Shown here: piece after piece, positions 23,682-33,671 of the stretch | How the letters are laid out: every line of letters begins with the position of its first letter | Position numbering within the stretch: position 1 is the stretch's first letter | NCBI GenBank assembly: GCA_963666975.2 | Contig: CAXVYR010000004.1 | Coordinates: forward strand, 1,472,001 to 1,536,000 | Direction: 5' to 3' | DNA: 64,000 nucleotides | DNA from: Terriglobia bacterium | GTDB lineage: Bacteria > Acidobacteriota > Terriglobia > 2-12-FULL-54-10 | Translations under genes and position numbers: made by a program | The notes under the pieces: model-generated | Told to the model about the DNA's origin: nothing | Databases searched by the model: none | The model's input: the letters and a program-made list of their open reading frames with translations, nothing else

Positions 23682-23723
23682 CTGTACCAAAACTTCTCTC
23701 AACTGCCTGGCCTGTACCAAAAC
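23682..23723. repeat. CTGTACCAAAAC x2, putative integrase arm-type sites (left end)
   Basis: Copies at 23682-23693 and 23712-23723; the same 12-mer occurs twice at the other island end. Confidence 0.75.
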
Positions 23724-23732
23724 CAAACCTGT

Positions 23733-24000
23733 TTAGTTGGCGTGGCGGTTCAGTTTCGTAAGGGCCTCTCGCTTCATCCGCAACTTCATTTGGGAATACT
23801 TCTTGAACACCTCGGCATCGCCAAGCCGCAGCAGCTGGGTAACCCATTCATCGGCTAAGACTCCGGCACTTAAACGGGTGGCGTAAGTCGAACGCAGATC
23901 GTAGATCCGGAAATACGGGATCTTAGCTCGGCGCAAATTAGCGGACCAAGCTGTCTTGCAAGTTGTCAGGTGTCCCGTCGGATTTAAACTGTAGGCGACT
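23733..24000 (-). pseudogene. C-terminal remnant of a tyrosine recombinase/integrase
   Basis: FRIYDLRSTYATRL (HxLR box variant) ... KKYSQ (catalytic Tyr). The N-terminus is missing; an IS3-like RPHSALGY scrap lies on the + strand at about 24025-24055. Confidence 0.85.
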
Positions 24001-24388
24001 TTACGCGGGCAATCTGGGAATTGCCGTCTCGACCGCACTCGGCACTCGGCTATAGCTTGAGGAAGTCTTCTATTCCCAATTGCTTTACCCTCCTACCTCG
24101 TGTAATCTTTCCTCATTTTTTCAATATGGCGGGGTTACAGCGTGCCCATATCCCCAGGTGCCCGTCTTGGCTCATACGAGGTTCTCAGCTCGCTAGTTGC
24201 GGGTGGTAAGGGGTTCACTGGCCCGAATCTCTGGCTATAAAAATCTCCTACCAAAACCTCCAAATATCTTGGGTGCTGCTTCTCGGGTCTCTTGGGGAAG
24301 CAGTCCAATCACGCTACCCCTGAACATTTGAGGACCTAACGACCCAGTGAGCGCTAGAATGGTCCCATCCCGCACCGAGCGTGAGACT

Positions 24389-25061
24389 ATGAGCGAAACA
24401 CAGTCTTCGGCAGCCGTCGTCCCTGGCTCACTGGACTACGCAAGGATTCCGCTCGCACTCCTCGGCATCCTGGCGGTCGTCTGCCTCGGCACGGTCTACG
24501 ATCCACCCGCCGGTCGCCTAAACTGGCTCTTAGAAGTCGGGCCTGCGCTCATTGGCATCGGCGTACTCATTGCCATGTATCGTGCGCTACCCATGACACA
24601 CGTCATTTATTGGTGCGTGTTTCTGCACACGCTGATCCTTATTTACGGTGGCTACTATACCTATGCGGAGACTCCCTTGGGCAACTTGGGCCAGAGATAC
24701 GTTCGAGTTGAGCCGCAACCATTACGACCGTGTTGGGCATGTGGCTCTCGGCTTCTTCCCGGCACTCATCATTCGCGAGGTTCTCCTGCGCAAGACACGG
24801 CTGCGGAGAGACGGCTGGCTCTTCTTCATAGTCGTCAGCATCTCGCTCGCCATTGGCGCCTTCTGGGAGCTAGTTGAGTGGTGGACAACACTCATTGTGG
24901 CATCGGACGTTGGCCAATCTTTCCTGGGCTCCCAGGGTGACATCTGGGATGCGCAGTGGGATATGTTTCTAGCTCTAGTGGGCGCGGCGGTGTCATTGTT
25001 ACTTCTCTCAAGGCTCCACGACCGCGCGCTGAGCAAACTCCTGACAGAGCTGCCAACCTGA
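24389..25061 (+). CDS. DUF2238 (YjdF-like) membrane protein; +1 frameshift near 24686
   Basis: WLLE, GGYYTYAETPLGN|WARD, RNHYDRVGH, FLGSQGDIWDAQWDM. Confidence 0.85.
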
Positions 25062-25227
25062 CCGCCTCAAGAGTGACATGACCGGCTCTTTTTGTACTAC
25101 TTTGCAGGCCAGATAAAATGCCGCGACTGATCACAGGACAACCTGACCAATGCAAATTATTAAATTTATTTGTGAGACGCCTACGGCCAACTCCCCCCTA
25201 GATGGGACCCACGACCCGACCCCCTTG

Positions 25228-25622
25228 GATAATCAAACGTCCCTGATGAGTTCGCAGCAGCAGCTGATGAAGACAGGAAGACGCCTGGTAAAACATGCCC
25301 GGTATTATTGGTGATTGCTGGCAGAGAGCCATCTGACGAGACGTTTATTTGCCAGCATACTGGGGCAGATAGATGGGCTGCCGCTTCTGTCGAGATAGCC
25401 GAGGCTATTGGAGTCGGGAAATCGATCCAGATGAACCAGGGACGGAGGGGTGTCTGATCAAACCAGATCGGAAGACCGCTGTCAGCAGTTTCGGGACTCG
25501 CGTTGGCGCAGAGAGGCTCCTGTGTCGAGCTCCTGGACCCAGCCAAAGGAAAAATAGTGCGCTGGCATCCATCCAGGGGCGTGTAGTATGGGACTATTGG
25601 GGGCCAAAATGGAAATTCCGGC
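25228..25622 (+). mobile_element. IS1380-family right-end remnant
   Basis: Translates as SLMSSQQQLMKTGRRLVKHARYYW*LLAESHLTRRLFASIL, like an IS1380 transposase C-terminus with an internal stop; ends in ...AAATGGAAATTCCGG. Confidence 0.7.
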
Positions 25623-25710
25623 TAATAGACATGGTCCACAACTGCGCGCACTGAGCGTTCGCGAATGGTCGGTGCCGCAATGAATGGGGTCCATCGGGAG
25701 GTTGACCGAC

Positions 25711-26679
25711 ATGTCTTCAAAATTTCTCGTGCTGATTGGATTCGTAGTCGGAGTCACTGTCGGTGTCGGTATCGGCGTAGCGATCACAACCACAGGGTCC
25801 TCGCCCAGCACTGAGCTGCGTGCGGCCTTCAACGACGAGTTCCTCAGTCGCAAGGATGGATACCCAGGCTTGACAGCGACCTACGGCTTGGAGTTCCAAT
25901 CAGCCCCACTCCCGATTCCGATGCTGGATCTCGGATCGAAGTACCAGAAATTGATCCGTGGTGAAATCGATGTGATCGAGGGCTTCACGACTGACGCTTC
26001 GATTCTCGAACTTAGCCTCGCGGTGTTGGAAGATGACAAGGCCCTGTTTCCACCTTACGAAGCGGCACCGTTGGTCCGGGCTGCAACGCTGAGCAAGTAT
26101 CCAGGCCTAGAAGCAATCCTGAATCAGCTCACCGGGGAAATCTCCGAAGGAACGATGCAGCATCTCAACCACGAAGTGGAGGTGAAAGGACGTAACGTTC
26201 AAGAGGTGGCACGGGATTTTCTGGAGACTCAAGGGCTGATTCCGCCAGGCGCAACGTCCGGCGACGGCACGACCGGCAGCATCATCATTGGAAGCAAGAA
26301 TTTCATCGAGCAGGAGATACTTGGTGAGATCATGGCCATCTTGATCGAGTACCAGACGGACATCCAGGTTGTTCGCCTGCTGAATCATGGGGGCACCATG
26401 ACCTGTTTTGGCGCGCTCGCGTCTGGCGCTATCGACCTCTATCCCGAGTATTCGGGAACCGGCTTGGTGCAAATCTTGGGCCGAGACGCGATTCGTGACC
26501 CTGATGAGACCTACGAGACGGTCCGCAGAGCATTCAGCCAAGAATACGATCTGGTATGGCTCGATCGTTTCGGCCTCAACAACACCTATACACTCCAAAT
26601 GCGGCGTGAGCGTGCTGAAGAACTTGGCATCCGGACGATCTCTGACCTGGCTAGCTATGTCAACAGCCACCAACAATAG
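25711..26679 (+). CDS. Glycine betaine/osmoprotectant ABC substrate-binding protein (OsmF/OpuCC type), circularly permuted
   Basis: RBS GGAGG and N-terminal TM; motifs EFLSRKDGY, LEDDKALFPPY, IGSKNFIEQ, DLYPEYSGT, NNTY. Confidence 0.88.
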   Translation: MSSKFLVLIGFVVGVTVGVGIGVAITTTGSSPSTELRAAFNDEFLSRKDGYPGLTATYGLEFQSAPLPIPMLDLGSKYQKLIRGEIDVIEGFTTDASILELSLAVLEDDKALFPPYEAAPLVRAATLSKYPGLEAILNQLTGEISEGTMQHLNHEVEVKGRNVQEVARDFLETQGLIPPGATSGDGTTGSIIIGSKNFIEQEILGEIMAILIEYQTDIQVVRLLNHGGTMTCFGALASGAIDLYPEYSGTGLVQILGRDAIRDPDETYETVRRAFSQEYDLVWLDRFGLNNTYTLQMRRERAEELGIRTISDLASYVNSHQQ

Positions 26680-26725
26680 GAACATCGCCGCCCCGGGCAG
26701 CTAAGCGTGCGGAGATTGGTGAAAG

Positions 26726-28918
26726 ATGGAAAGCGACGTATCGAAGCTTCAACGAGATCGACAGGGCCACATCTCGACCGGGGTTGTGTATCTGTTTATT
26801 CTGTGCTGCTACGGCGCACTCGGGCATCCGGAGCTGTGGGCACAAACCCAACTAGCGCAGCCTCCCGTGGAGGCGGGCCGGACCACCGATCCGCGTCAGG
26901 AGCAACTGCTTCAAGCACAGATCACGGTCACCGATCTCAGGTCCAGACTGGGTAAGCTCCGCGAACGTCGGCGAGCGCTGCAGTCGGAGTTCCAGCCTCC
27001 GGCGTGGACCAGCGGCTTGGATTTGGTTGGAGAGCAATGGTTTCAGGCGGAGCTTGAGGTTGCCCAGTCAGAGATGGCTGCCGTCGAGGCGTGGCTTAAG
27101 GCCAAAGAGATCGAGGTCGATGTTCTCCAGCAAATACAGGAACTCTACGAACTTTACGAATCCATGGTGGGATCCGAAGAGCGGATCAAACTGATCCAAC
27201 AATATAACGATACTATTCGTCTCGTTGCGGTGACTGAGGTAGTGGAAGACGGCCTGCTGAAGCTCATAGATACATGGGAGAGCGCTCAGCTTTCCTACAC
27301 TCGGCACCAGGAGGTGTTGGACCGAGCCATCGAGGATTCGAAGACGAGGGACGTGAACGAAGAGGTCCTGCAACGGTTTGCTGACAAGACGAATCAAGCC
27401 CGTCAAGAAATTGCGATCCTTCAACAGCATGCCGACACGGCCCCGCAGCAACTTGAGTACCTGCGGAACAGGCTGTTGCCTTTGGCGAACGAGCGTCGGA
27501 AGGTGGCCGAGGAGCGTCTGAAGAGGACCGAGCCCGAACCGTTCCAGCTTGCGGCGACTCAGTCTAGATGTGTCCTTCCGGGGGATGCCACCGTTGATGA
27601 GCTCACACGGGTGTGGGAATGCAAGGATGATGAGGCAAGGCTCGTTGCCAATGAAGCACATGTCTTGAGGGAAGAGGCTCTGATGGCTACGACGCTATTC
27701 TCTTCGATGCAGAATGACAAGGGACGATACGAATGGAATCTGGAGTTTGCGCGGACTGAGCTAGCGAGGCTCAAAAGGGAGCAGGCTGCGGACGATGTCA
27801 TCGCCGTTGCGGAGGCACGGATCGACTCCCTGCAGGGCACGGTGGACAGCGCGCAAGAGTCCCTTTCCAAGCTGAACGGGTGGGTGCAGGCGACCGAGCT
27901 TCGGGCGCGGGAGCAAGAGCTTCACACTGAATCCGCGCTCAGGGACGTTGCTGCCGTGAAGGCCCGGCTGGACAATGAAATAAGACGGATTCGCAACGCG
28001 AAGATTATTTCCTTCGCGATGGCCATCTTCATCGCTGCGATCACGATCGGTCTGGTCACTCTGGTCAGGCGTCTGGTGCGAACGAGGAAAGTCCTGAGCC
28101 TGCCCGACGCGGAGAAGCAAAGGCAGCGCTATGCCCCGTACGTGCTGATCCGCCGCGCGGCTGTCCCTGTCATTGTTTTCGTGGGAACTCTTCTCATCTT
28201 GATGCAGTTCGAGACGTTTCAGCGCATCGGCGTGACGATCCTCGCGTCGGCAGGTCTGGTCAGCCTCGTCGTTGGCCTCGCCGCCCGTGACGTGCTGGCC
28301 AACACCATGGCTGGCGTTACGCTCTGCTTCTCGCAGCCCATCCGGGTTGGTGACACAGTCATGATCGGGGACGAATACGGCACGATCGAGGATATTGGGC
28401 TGCTCCAGACGAGGTTACGCGCTTGGGACAACCGGCGCGTGGTCATCCCGAACGAAGTCTTGTCGAAGAAGGAAATTGTGAACTACACGCTCGGCGATCA
28501 GAAAATACGCGCAAAGGTACCCATTCACCTTGACTACGCCGCGGACGTCAAGAAGGAGCGATCGATTCTAATCGACGTGGTCAAGCAGAGCCGGAACTGG
28601 AACGGTCAAAAGGAACCGGATATCTGGTTTATGGAGCTGGGACAGCAGACCATCACGCTATGGGTCGCCGCATGGGCGGACGATCCGGACAAGGCATGGG
28701 GCCTTCGCTGCGACATCCTGGACAATGCGCTGGACAGGTTCAAGCAAGAAGGGATCCCCCTCCCGCGCACGCACTATCAATATGAAGACCCAAAGACTGT
28801 CTTCGAATCTGGGACGCATCCAGCATCTGGAACACAGGAACGTGACAAAGATTCCGAGGTAAGCAGGTTGCGTGAAATCGATGCGACCATCTTCCCCCGA
28901 AGAGGCCCAGCGAATTAA
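26726..28918 (+). CDS. MscS family mechanosensitive channel with ~430-aa exported coiled-coil N-region
   Basis: C-terminal ASAGLVSLVVGLAARDVLAN...QPIRVGD...GTIEDIGL..T......VVIPN. Confidence 0.9.
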   Translation: MESDVSKLQRDRQGHISTGVVYLFILCCYGALGHPELWAQTQLAQPPVEAGRTTDPRQEQLLQAQITVTDLRSRLGKLRERRRALQSEFQPPAWTSGLDLVGEQWFQAELEVAQSEMAAVEAWLKAKEIEVDVLQQIQELYELYESMVGSEERIKLIQQYNDTIRLVAVTEVVEDGLLKLIDTWESAQLSYTRHQEVLDRAIEDSKTRDVNEEVLQRFADKTNQARQEIAILQQHADTAPQQLEYLRNRLLPLANERRKVAEERLKRTEPEPFQLAATQSRCVLPGDATVDELTRVWECKDDEARLVANEAHVLREEALMATTLFSSMQNDKGRYEWNLEFARTELARLKREQAADDVIAVAEARIDSLQGTVDSAQESLSKLNGWVQATELRAREQELHTESALRDVAAVKARLDNEIRRIRNAKIISFAMAIFIAAITIGLVTLVRRLVRTRKVLSLPDAEKQRQRYAPYVLIRRAAVPVIVFVGTLLILMQFETFQRIGVTILASAGLVSLVVGLAARDVLANTMAGVTLCFSQPIRVGDTVMIGDEYGTIEDIGLLQTRLRAWDNRRVVIPNEVLSKKEIVNYTLGDQKIRAKVPIHLDYAADVKKERSILIDVVKQSRNWNGQKEPDIWFMELGQQTITLWVAAWADDPDKAWGLRCDILDNALDRFKQEGIPLPRTHYQYEDPKTVFESGTHPASGTQERDKDSEVSRLREIDATIFPRRGPAN

Positions 28919-29024
28919 GCTTGGATGGTGGAAAGCCTTCTGGTGGGCATTGTCATTGAAGAGTTTTAGCAGGATTGATGATCAGGTAGGAATTCCCGTA
29001 TTACATTTCGTGCTGCGAGGTGAA

Positions 29025-30092
29025 ATGTTACGCTTAAGAACTTTTATTTCTCTACTAACTTTGGGCTTATTTCTTATAAGTCCGCTTCCGGCCCAGACCC
29101 AGGAAGTTGCTTCCGAAGCCAAGGCTCTTCCTATCTCGTCTGAAACGCTTCAACAAACGCTCTTAGAAACGCTACAAATATTTCGCAGTCTTAAAAGTGG
29201 AAAGGTATATATATCCGGTTCTGAGAAGGTTGATCCCGACTGGTTCGGCATTGCCATCGCAACCTTCGATGGTCAGATCTTCACCGTTGGGGATGCGGAT
29301 AGGGCTTTCCCCATTCAGTCTATCTCTAAACTGTTCGTTTATGGATTAGCCTTGGAGGATCACGGACTGAAGATCATGCTCGAGAAGGTGGGCGTCAATG
29401 CCACCGGCCTACCCTATAACTCGATCATTGCGTCCGACGTTCGGGCGCCTTCAAAGGGAAATCCCAAGGCACTGCAAAACCCTATGGTCAGCGCCGGAGC
29501 GATTGCCACGGCAAGCCTTATAAAGGGCGCCACAGAACAAGAGCAATGGGAGCGGGTACTCAGCATGTATGCTCGCTATGCCGGCAGGGAATTGATGTTG
29601 AATGAGCAGGTCTACCAAGCGGAGATGAAAAATGCCGCCATGACCCGGGCACTGGCAGAGCTTTTGAGCGCATATAATCTGCTGTATTCCGGCGTCGACG
29701 TAACTGTCGATCGATACCTCAAGGGGACCTCTGTAAACATCACGGCAAAGGATCTGGCGATCATGGGGGCTACCCTTGCCAATGGGGGGATCAATCCTCT
29801 GACGAATGAGCGCGCCGTTGAAGAGAAATATGTACAAAATATTCTCTCCGTAATGGTAACGGCCGGTCTCTATGATGATTCCGGGAAATGGCTGTTTGAA
29901 GTCGGTCTACCGGCGAAAAGCGGTGTAGGTGGCGGCATTGTGGCGGTCGTCCCCGGACGATTTGCCATCGCAGTTTACTCTCCCCCCTTGGACTTGCGCG
30001 GCAACAGCGTCCGCGGGGTCAGGGTCGTGGAAGAATTATCGAGGCGATGGAATTTACACATATTAGCCCCGCAACAAGAAATATCACGATAA
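29025..30092 (+). CDS. glsA: Glutaminase A with signal peptide
   Basis: FPIQSISK catalytic S-x-x-K, NPMVSAGAI, GLPAKSGVGGGI, SPPLD..GNSVRG. Confidence 0.93.
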   Translation: MLRLRTFISLLTLGLFLISPLPAQTQEVASEAKALPISSETLQQTLLETLQIFRSLKSGKVYISGSEKVDPDWFGIAIATFDGQIFTVGDADRAFPIQSISKLFVYGLALEDHGLKIMLEKVGVNATGLPYNSIIASDVRAPSKGNPKALQNPMVSAGAIATASLIKGATEQEQWERVLSMYARYAGRELMLNEQVYQAEMKNAAMTRALAELLSAYNLLYSGVDVTVDRYLKGTSVNITAKDLAIMGATLANGGINPLTNERAVEEKYVQNILSVMVTAGLYDDSGKWLFEVGLPAKSGVGGGIVAVVPGRFAIAVYSPPLDLRGNSVRGVRVVEELSRRWNLHILAPQQEISR

Positions 30093-30202
30093 ACATTAGA
30101 ACGAATCACCAAACTTGCAATCCGGTTAGAATGAACCTTCGGAAGCCTGTCATCAGGCCCGAGTGCCAATCAGCTTCTGCACTAAGAGATTTAGAGCAAA
30201 CA

Positions 30203-30270
30203 ATGCTGGAATTGACCGGTGTCTCCAAGACCTACGACGGAACGCAAGCCTTGCAGCCCATAGACCTGCA
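30203..30270 (+). pseudogene. N-terminal stub of an ABC transporter ATP-binding protein
   Basis: MLELTGVSKTYDGTQALQPIDL, then loss of similarity before the Walker A motif. Confidence 0.6.
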
Positions 30271-30318
30271 CGGCATTTTGTCAGACCGTAGCCGTTTCGG
30301 GAAGGAGAAGTACGAAGC

Positions 30319-31860
30319 ATGTGCGGTATCACCGGCATCTGGGGCGACTGTGACGAAGAGATAGTCCGCGAGATGATGCGCCGGCTGGCTCATCGGGGTC
30401 CAGATGCGCAAGGGATGCTTCTGCAACCGGAGAGCCCGGGTGCCCTGGGGCACCTGCGGCTGGCCATCATGGACCCGGCCGGAGGCGATCAGCCGATCCG
30501 GACCGAGGAGGGCGCACGGGCAATCGTAGCCAACGGGGAGATCTACAACTTCCCCGTGCTACGCTCTAGCCTAGAAAGCCGGCATACGTTCCTGACCAAT
30601 AGTGACAGCGAGGCGGCTCTTCACCTATACGAGGAACAGGGCTCGGAGTGCGCTCGCTACCTGGACGGGATGTTTGCCCTCGCCATTGCTGACGGGGAGA
30701 ACCTCTTCGTCGCGCGGGATCCGATCGGCATCAAGCCCCTCTACTTGGGTCGGAGGAAGGATTCCCTGCTCTTCGCCTCCGAGATCAAAGCCCTCATCGG
30801 GCTTTGCGATGATGTCACCGAATTCCCGCCCGGCTCGTGGTTCCACTCGCAGACTGGGATCCGGTCCTACTACGAGGTGCCCAACCAGGAGCCAACGTCC
30901 AGGACGGTGGCGGAGTACATCACCGGCATTCGCGAGACGCTTGAGCAGGCGGTGACGAAACGCCTCATGAGCGATGTCCCGGTGGGCGTCTTCCTCTCTG
31001 GAGGCCTCGATAGCAGCATCATCGCGGCGCTGGTCCGACCGCATGTCAATGAACTCCACACCTTCTCAGTGGGGATCGAAGGTAGTCGCGATCTGGAGGC
31101 TGCCCGCTTGGTGGCGCGGCACCTCGACACCGTGCATCACGAATATCTCCTGGTTCCTTCGGAGGTTGTTCAGAAGCTGCCCGAGATCATCTACCACCTG
31201 GAATCATTCGACCAAGATCTCGTGCGGAGCGCCATCCCCTGCTACTTCACCGCGCGTCTGGCAGCCGAGGAGGTGAAGGTCATCCTCACCGGCGAAGGGG
31301 CTGACGAACTCTTCGCCGGATATCGTTACTACCTCCGGTACAAGGACCTGCCCCTCCTTCACCGCGAGATGCGCAGGTCAGTTCAGTCCCTGCACAACAT
31401 CAATCTCCAACGCGTTGATCGCATGACGATGGCCCACTCGATCGAGGGACGCGTCCCGTTCCTCGACTTGGAGATGATTGATCTCGCTCAGTCGATCCCA
31501 CCAGAACTCAAGCTCCAGAGGGATGGTGTTACAAGACCCGTTGAGAAGTGGGTGCTGCGTCAGGCATGCGAGGATATCCTGCCCCCACAGATCGTCTGGC
31601 GGCATAAGGAGCAGTTCGACGAGGGCAGTGGCACCGTGGACTTGCTAGCCGAGGCCATCATGGGACTCATGCCGGCAGCGGAGGCTAGGCAATACTCCAC
31701 GTGTCATCCGGAGGCGCAACTGCGATCGCCGGAAGAGTGTCTCTATCACAAGCTCCTTTGCGATGCCTACTCGGATCCCGCTCCGGTTCTGAATAACGTC
31801 GCTCGCTGGGAGGAATCGCTTCAAAAAGGATTTCCCCCTTTTCCCGGATTTCTTTTATGA
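30319..31860 (+). CDS. asnB: Asparagine synthase (glutamine-hydrolysing) family amidotransferase
   Basis: MCGI Ntn start, HRGPD, NGEIYN, LSGGLDSS, LTGEGADELFAGY, EGRVPFLD. Confidence 0.92.
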   Translation: MCGITGIWGDCDEEIVREMMRRLAHRGPDAQGMLLQPESPGALGHLRLAIMDPAGGDQPIRTEEGARAIVANGEIYNFPVLRSSLESRHTFLTNSDSEAALHLYEEQGSECARYLDGMFALAIADGENLFVARDPIGIKPLYLGRRKDSLLFASEIKALIGLCDDVTEFPPGSWFHSQTGIRSYYEVPNQEPTSRTVAEYITGIRETLEQAVTKRLMSDVPVGVFLSGGLDSSIIAALVRPHVNELHTFSVGIEGSRDLEAARLVARHLDTVHHEYLLVPSEVVQKLPEIIYHLESFDQDLVRSAIPCYFTARLAAEEVKVILTGEGADELFAGYRYYLRYKDLPLLHREMRRSVQSLHNINLQRVDRMTMAHSIEGRVPFLDLEMIDLAQSIPPELKLQRDGVTRPVEKWVLRQACEDILPPQIVWRHKEQFDEGSGTVDLLAEAIMGLMPAAEARQYSTCHPEAQLRSPEECLYHKLLCDAYSDPAPVLNNVARWEESLQKGFPPFPGFLL

Positions 31861-32099
31861 ACGCTCAGCGGCAACCTTCTGCTAACCTCCAACGTTAATA
31901 TTGATGGGGGTTTCAGGATTGACATTGGCTTCAGGAGGGCTCGACTGAAGGCAACCGGGTGTATACTCGCAACCGCCGGAAGGGCCAAAAAACTAATTCC
32001 GGCTTAACGATAATTAGGCGATCATCTGCGTGCCATCCGCGAGGCGAATTACGATCGATTTGCTTGCTGAACCTGATACGCCGTCCCTATAATTGTCAG

Positions 32100-33455
32100 A
32101 TGCCCAGACGCGCCACGCCCCACTGTTCCCAACCCACCCGAGCCATACTCATCCTCCTCTTGTGGCTGGCCGCGACGGGGTGCGCACGAGACGTGGCGGA
32201 TCGAGACCCGGGTGATCTGGTCGTACTGACACGTAACGCCCCAACCACCTACTACATCGACCGCGATGGCGAGTTGGCCGGGCCTGAGTACGAGATGGCA
32301 ATCGCGTTCGCAAAATCGGTAAACCGACAGGTTCACTTCGAGGTACTGGATTCGATAGACGAGATCGTGCGGGCTCTGGAAGAAGGCCGGGGAGACGTGG
32401 CCGCGGCCGGGCTGACGCGAACTGTCGCACGGGAGCAACGCTTCGTAACCGGGCCGCCCTATCAATCAGTCGAGGAAACGGTCGTCTGCCGTCCAGGAAT
32501 CGTCCTGCAGGACATGACGGAGCTGCCCGGCTTGGAAATCGGCATCATCGCAAACAGCAGTTACGAAGAAACGCTCACCGAGTTGCGTGAACGTGTGCCC
32601 GAGTTGAGATGGAACGCGATAACGGACGAGGTAACCGAACAGGTGTTGCGGCGAGTGGCCGAGGGGGATCTGGACTGCACGGTTGCGGATTCGAACATCC
32701 TCGCCATACACCAAAGGTATTTGCCGGAACTCAAGTCCGCTTTGACCCTCGGCACCGAGAAGGAACTCGTCTGGTTGCTTCCTGCCGGCAGCGAACGGCT
32801 GGTGGAATTGCTGGACGCATGGTTTGAAAACTACCGTGTGAGCGGTGAGCTGGCGGTTCTGATGAATCGCTACTACGGGCACCTCAATCAGTTCGATCCA
32901 TACGACGTTCAGGTGTTTGCCAGACGGGTAGATAGCCGTCTTCCGCAGTACCGGAATTTGTTCGAGCAGGCCGCCGGAGAAACGGGTCTCGAATGGACGC
33001 TTCTCGCTGCCCAGGCATACCAGGAATCCCACTGGGAACCCGAAGCGACCAGTCCGACCGGCGTTCGCGGCATCATGATGCTGACACAACCCACCGCCGC
33101 TTCCCTAGGAATCGAGAACCGGCTAGATCCCTCGGCCAGCATCCTTGGAGGGGCACGCTATCTCAGCCAGCGTCTCGAACGGATACCTCTACACGTTTCC
33201 GCGCAGGACCGGCTGTGGATGGCGCTGGCGGCTTACAACATCGGCCAGAATCATCTCCGCGACGCACGGATGCTTGCGGTAATGCTCGGGGAGAATCCGA
33301 ACACGTGGACCGGCGTGAAGGAGATCCTGCCCCGACTGTCGCAGCGCCGCTACCACCAACAGCTACCCGCGGGTTACGCCCGAGGGCTGGAAGCGGTGAT
33401 CTACATCGAGCGCATCCGCAACTACCACGATTTGCTCTTGGATCTGGTCAACTAG
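32100..33455 (+). CDS. mltF: Membrane-bound lytic murein transglycosylase F
   Basis: Lipobox LAATGC, PBPb domain, then SLT motifs AYQESHW, SPTGVRGIMMLT, ALAAYNIG, GYARG.EAV.Y. Confidence 0.93.
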   Translation: MPRRATPHCSQPTRAILILLLWLAATGCARDVADRDPGDLVVLTRNAPTTYYIDRDGELAGPEYEMAIAFAKSVNRQVHFEVLDSIDEIVRALEEGRGDVAAAGLTRTVAREQRFVTGPPYQSVEETVVCRPGIVLQDMTELPGLEIGIIANSSYEETLTELRERVPELRWNAITDEVTEQVLRRVAEGDLDCTVADSNILAIHQRYLPELKSALTLGTEKELVWLLPAGSERLVELLDAWFENYRVSGELAVLMNRYYGHLNQFDPYDVQVFARRVDSRLPQYRNLFEQAAGETGLEWTLLAAQAYQESHWEPEATSPTGVRGIMMLTQPTAASLGIENRLDPSASILGGARYLSQRLERIPLHVSAQDRLWMALAAYNIGQNHLRDARMLAVMLGENPNTWTGVKEILPRLSQRRYHQQLPAGYARGLEAVIYIERIRNYHDLLLDLVN

Positions 33456-33671
33456 AGCCAATCGCCGATATTTTCCCGAAGGGACCTTTTGGAGTGGATT
33501 GTAGGTCCTCACATGTTATCTTTTCTACGCGGAGAGACTCCCGGCAGGGGCCAAGTCTAGCAATACAAAACCGAAAAAGGACGGGTGCTTTAACAACACT
33601 TGATTGTGGAAGCACCTAAACAGGTCTAGATTAGATCGACCAGGCCGTCCATAGATTAATGAGGGTAGCAA

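Noticed and set aside
24330-33470. Integron cassette array explanation for the island cargo
   Set aside because: No IntI and no convincing repeated attC structures between the genes.
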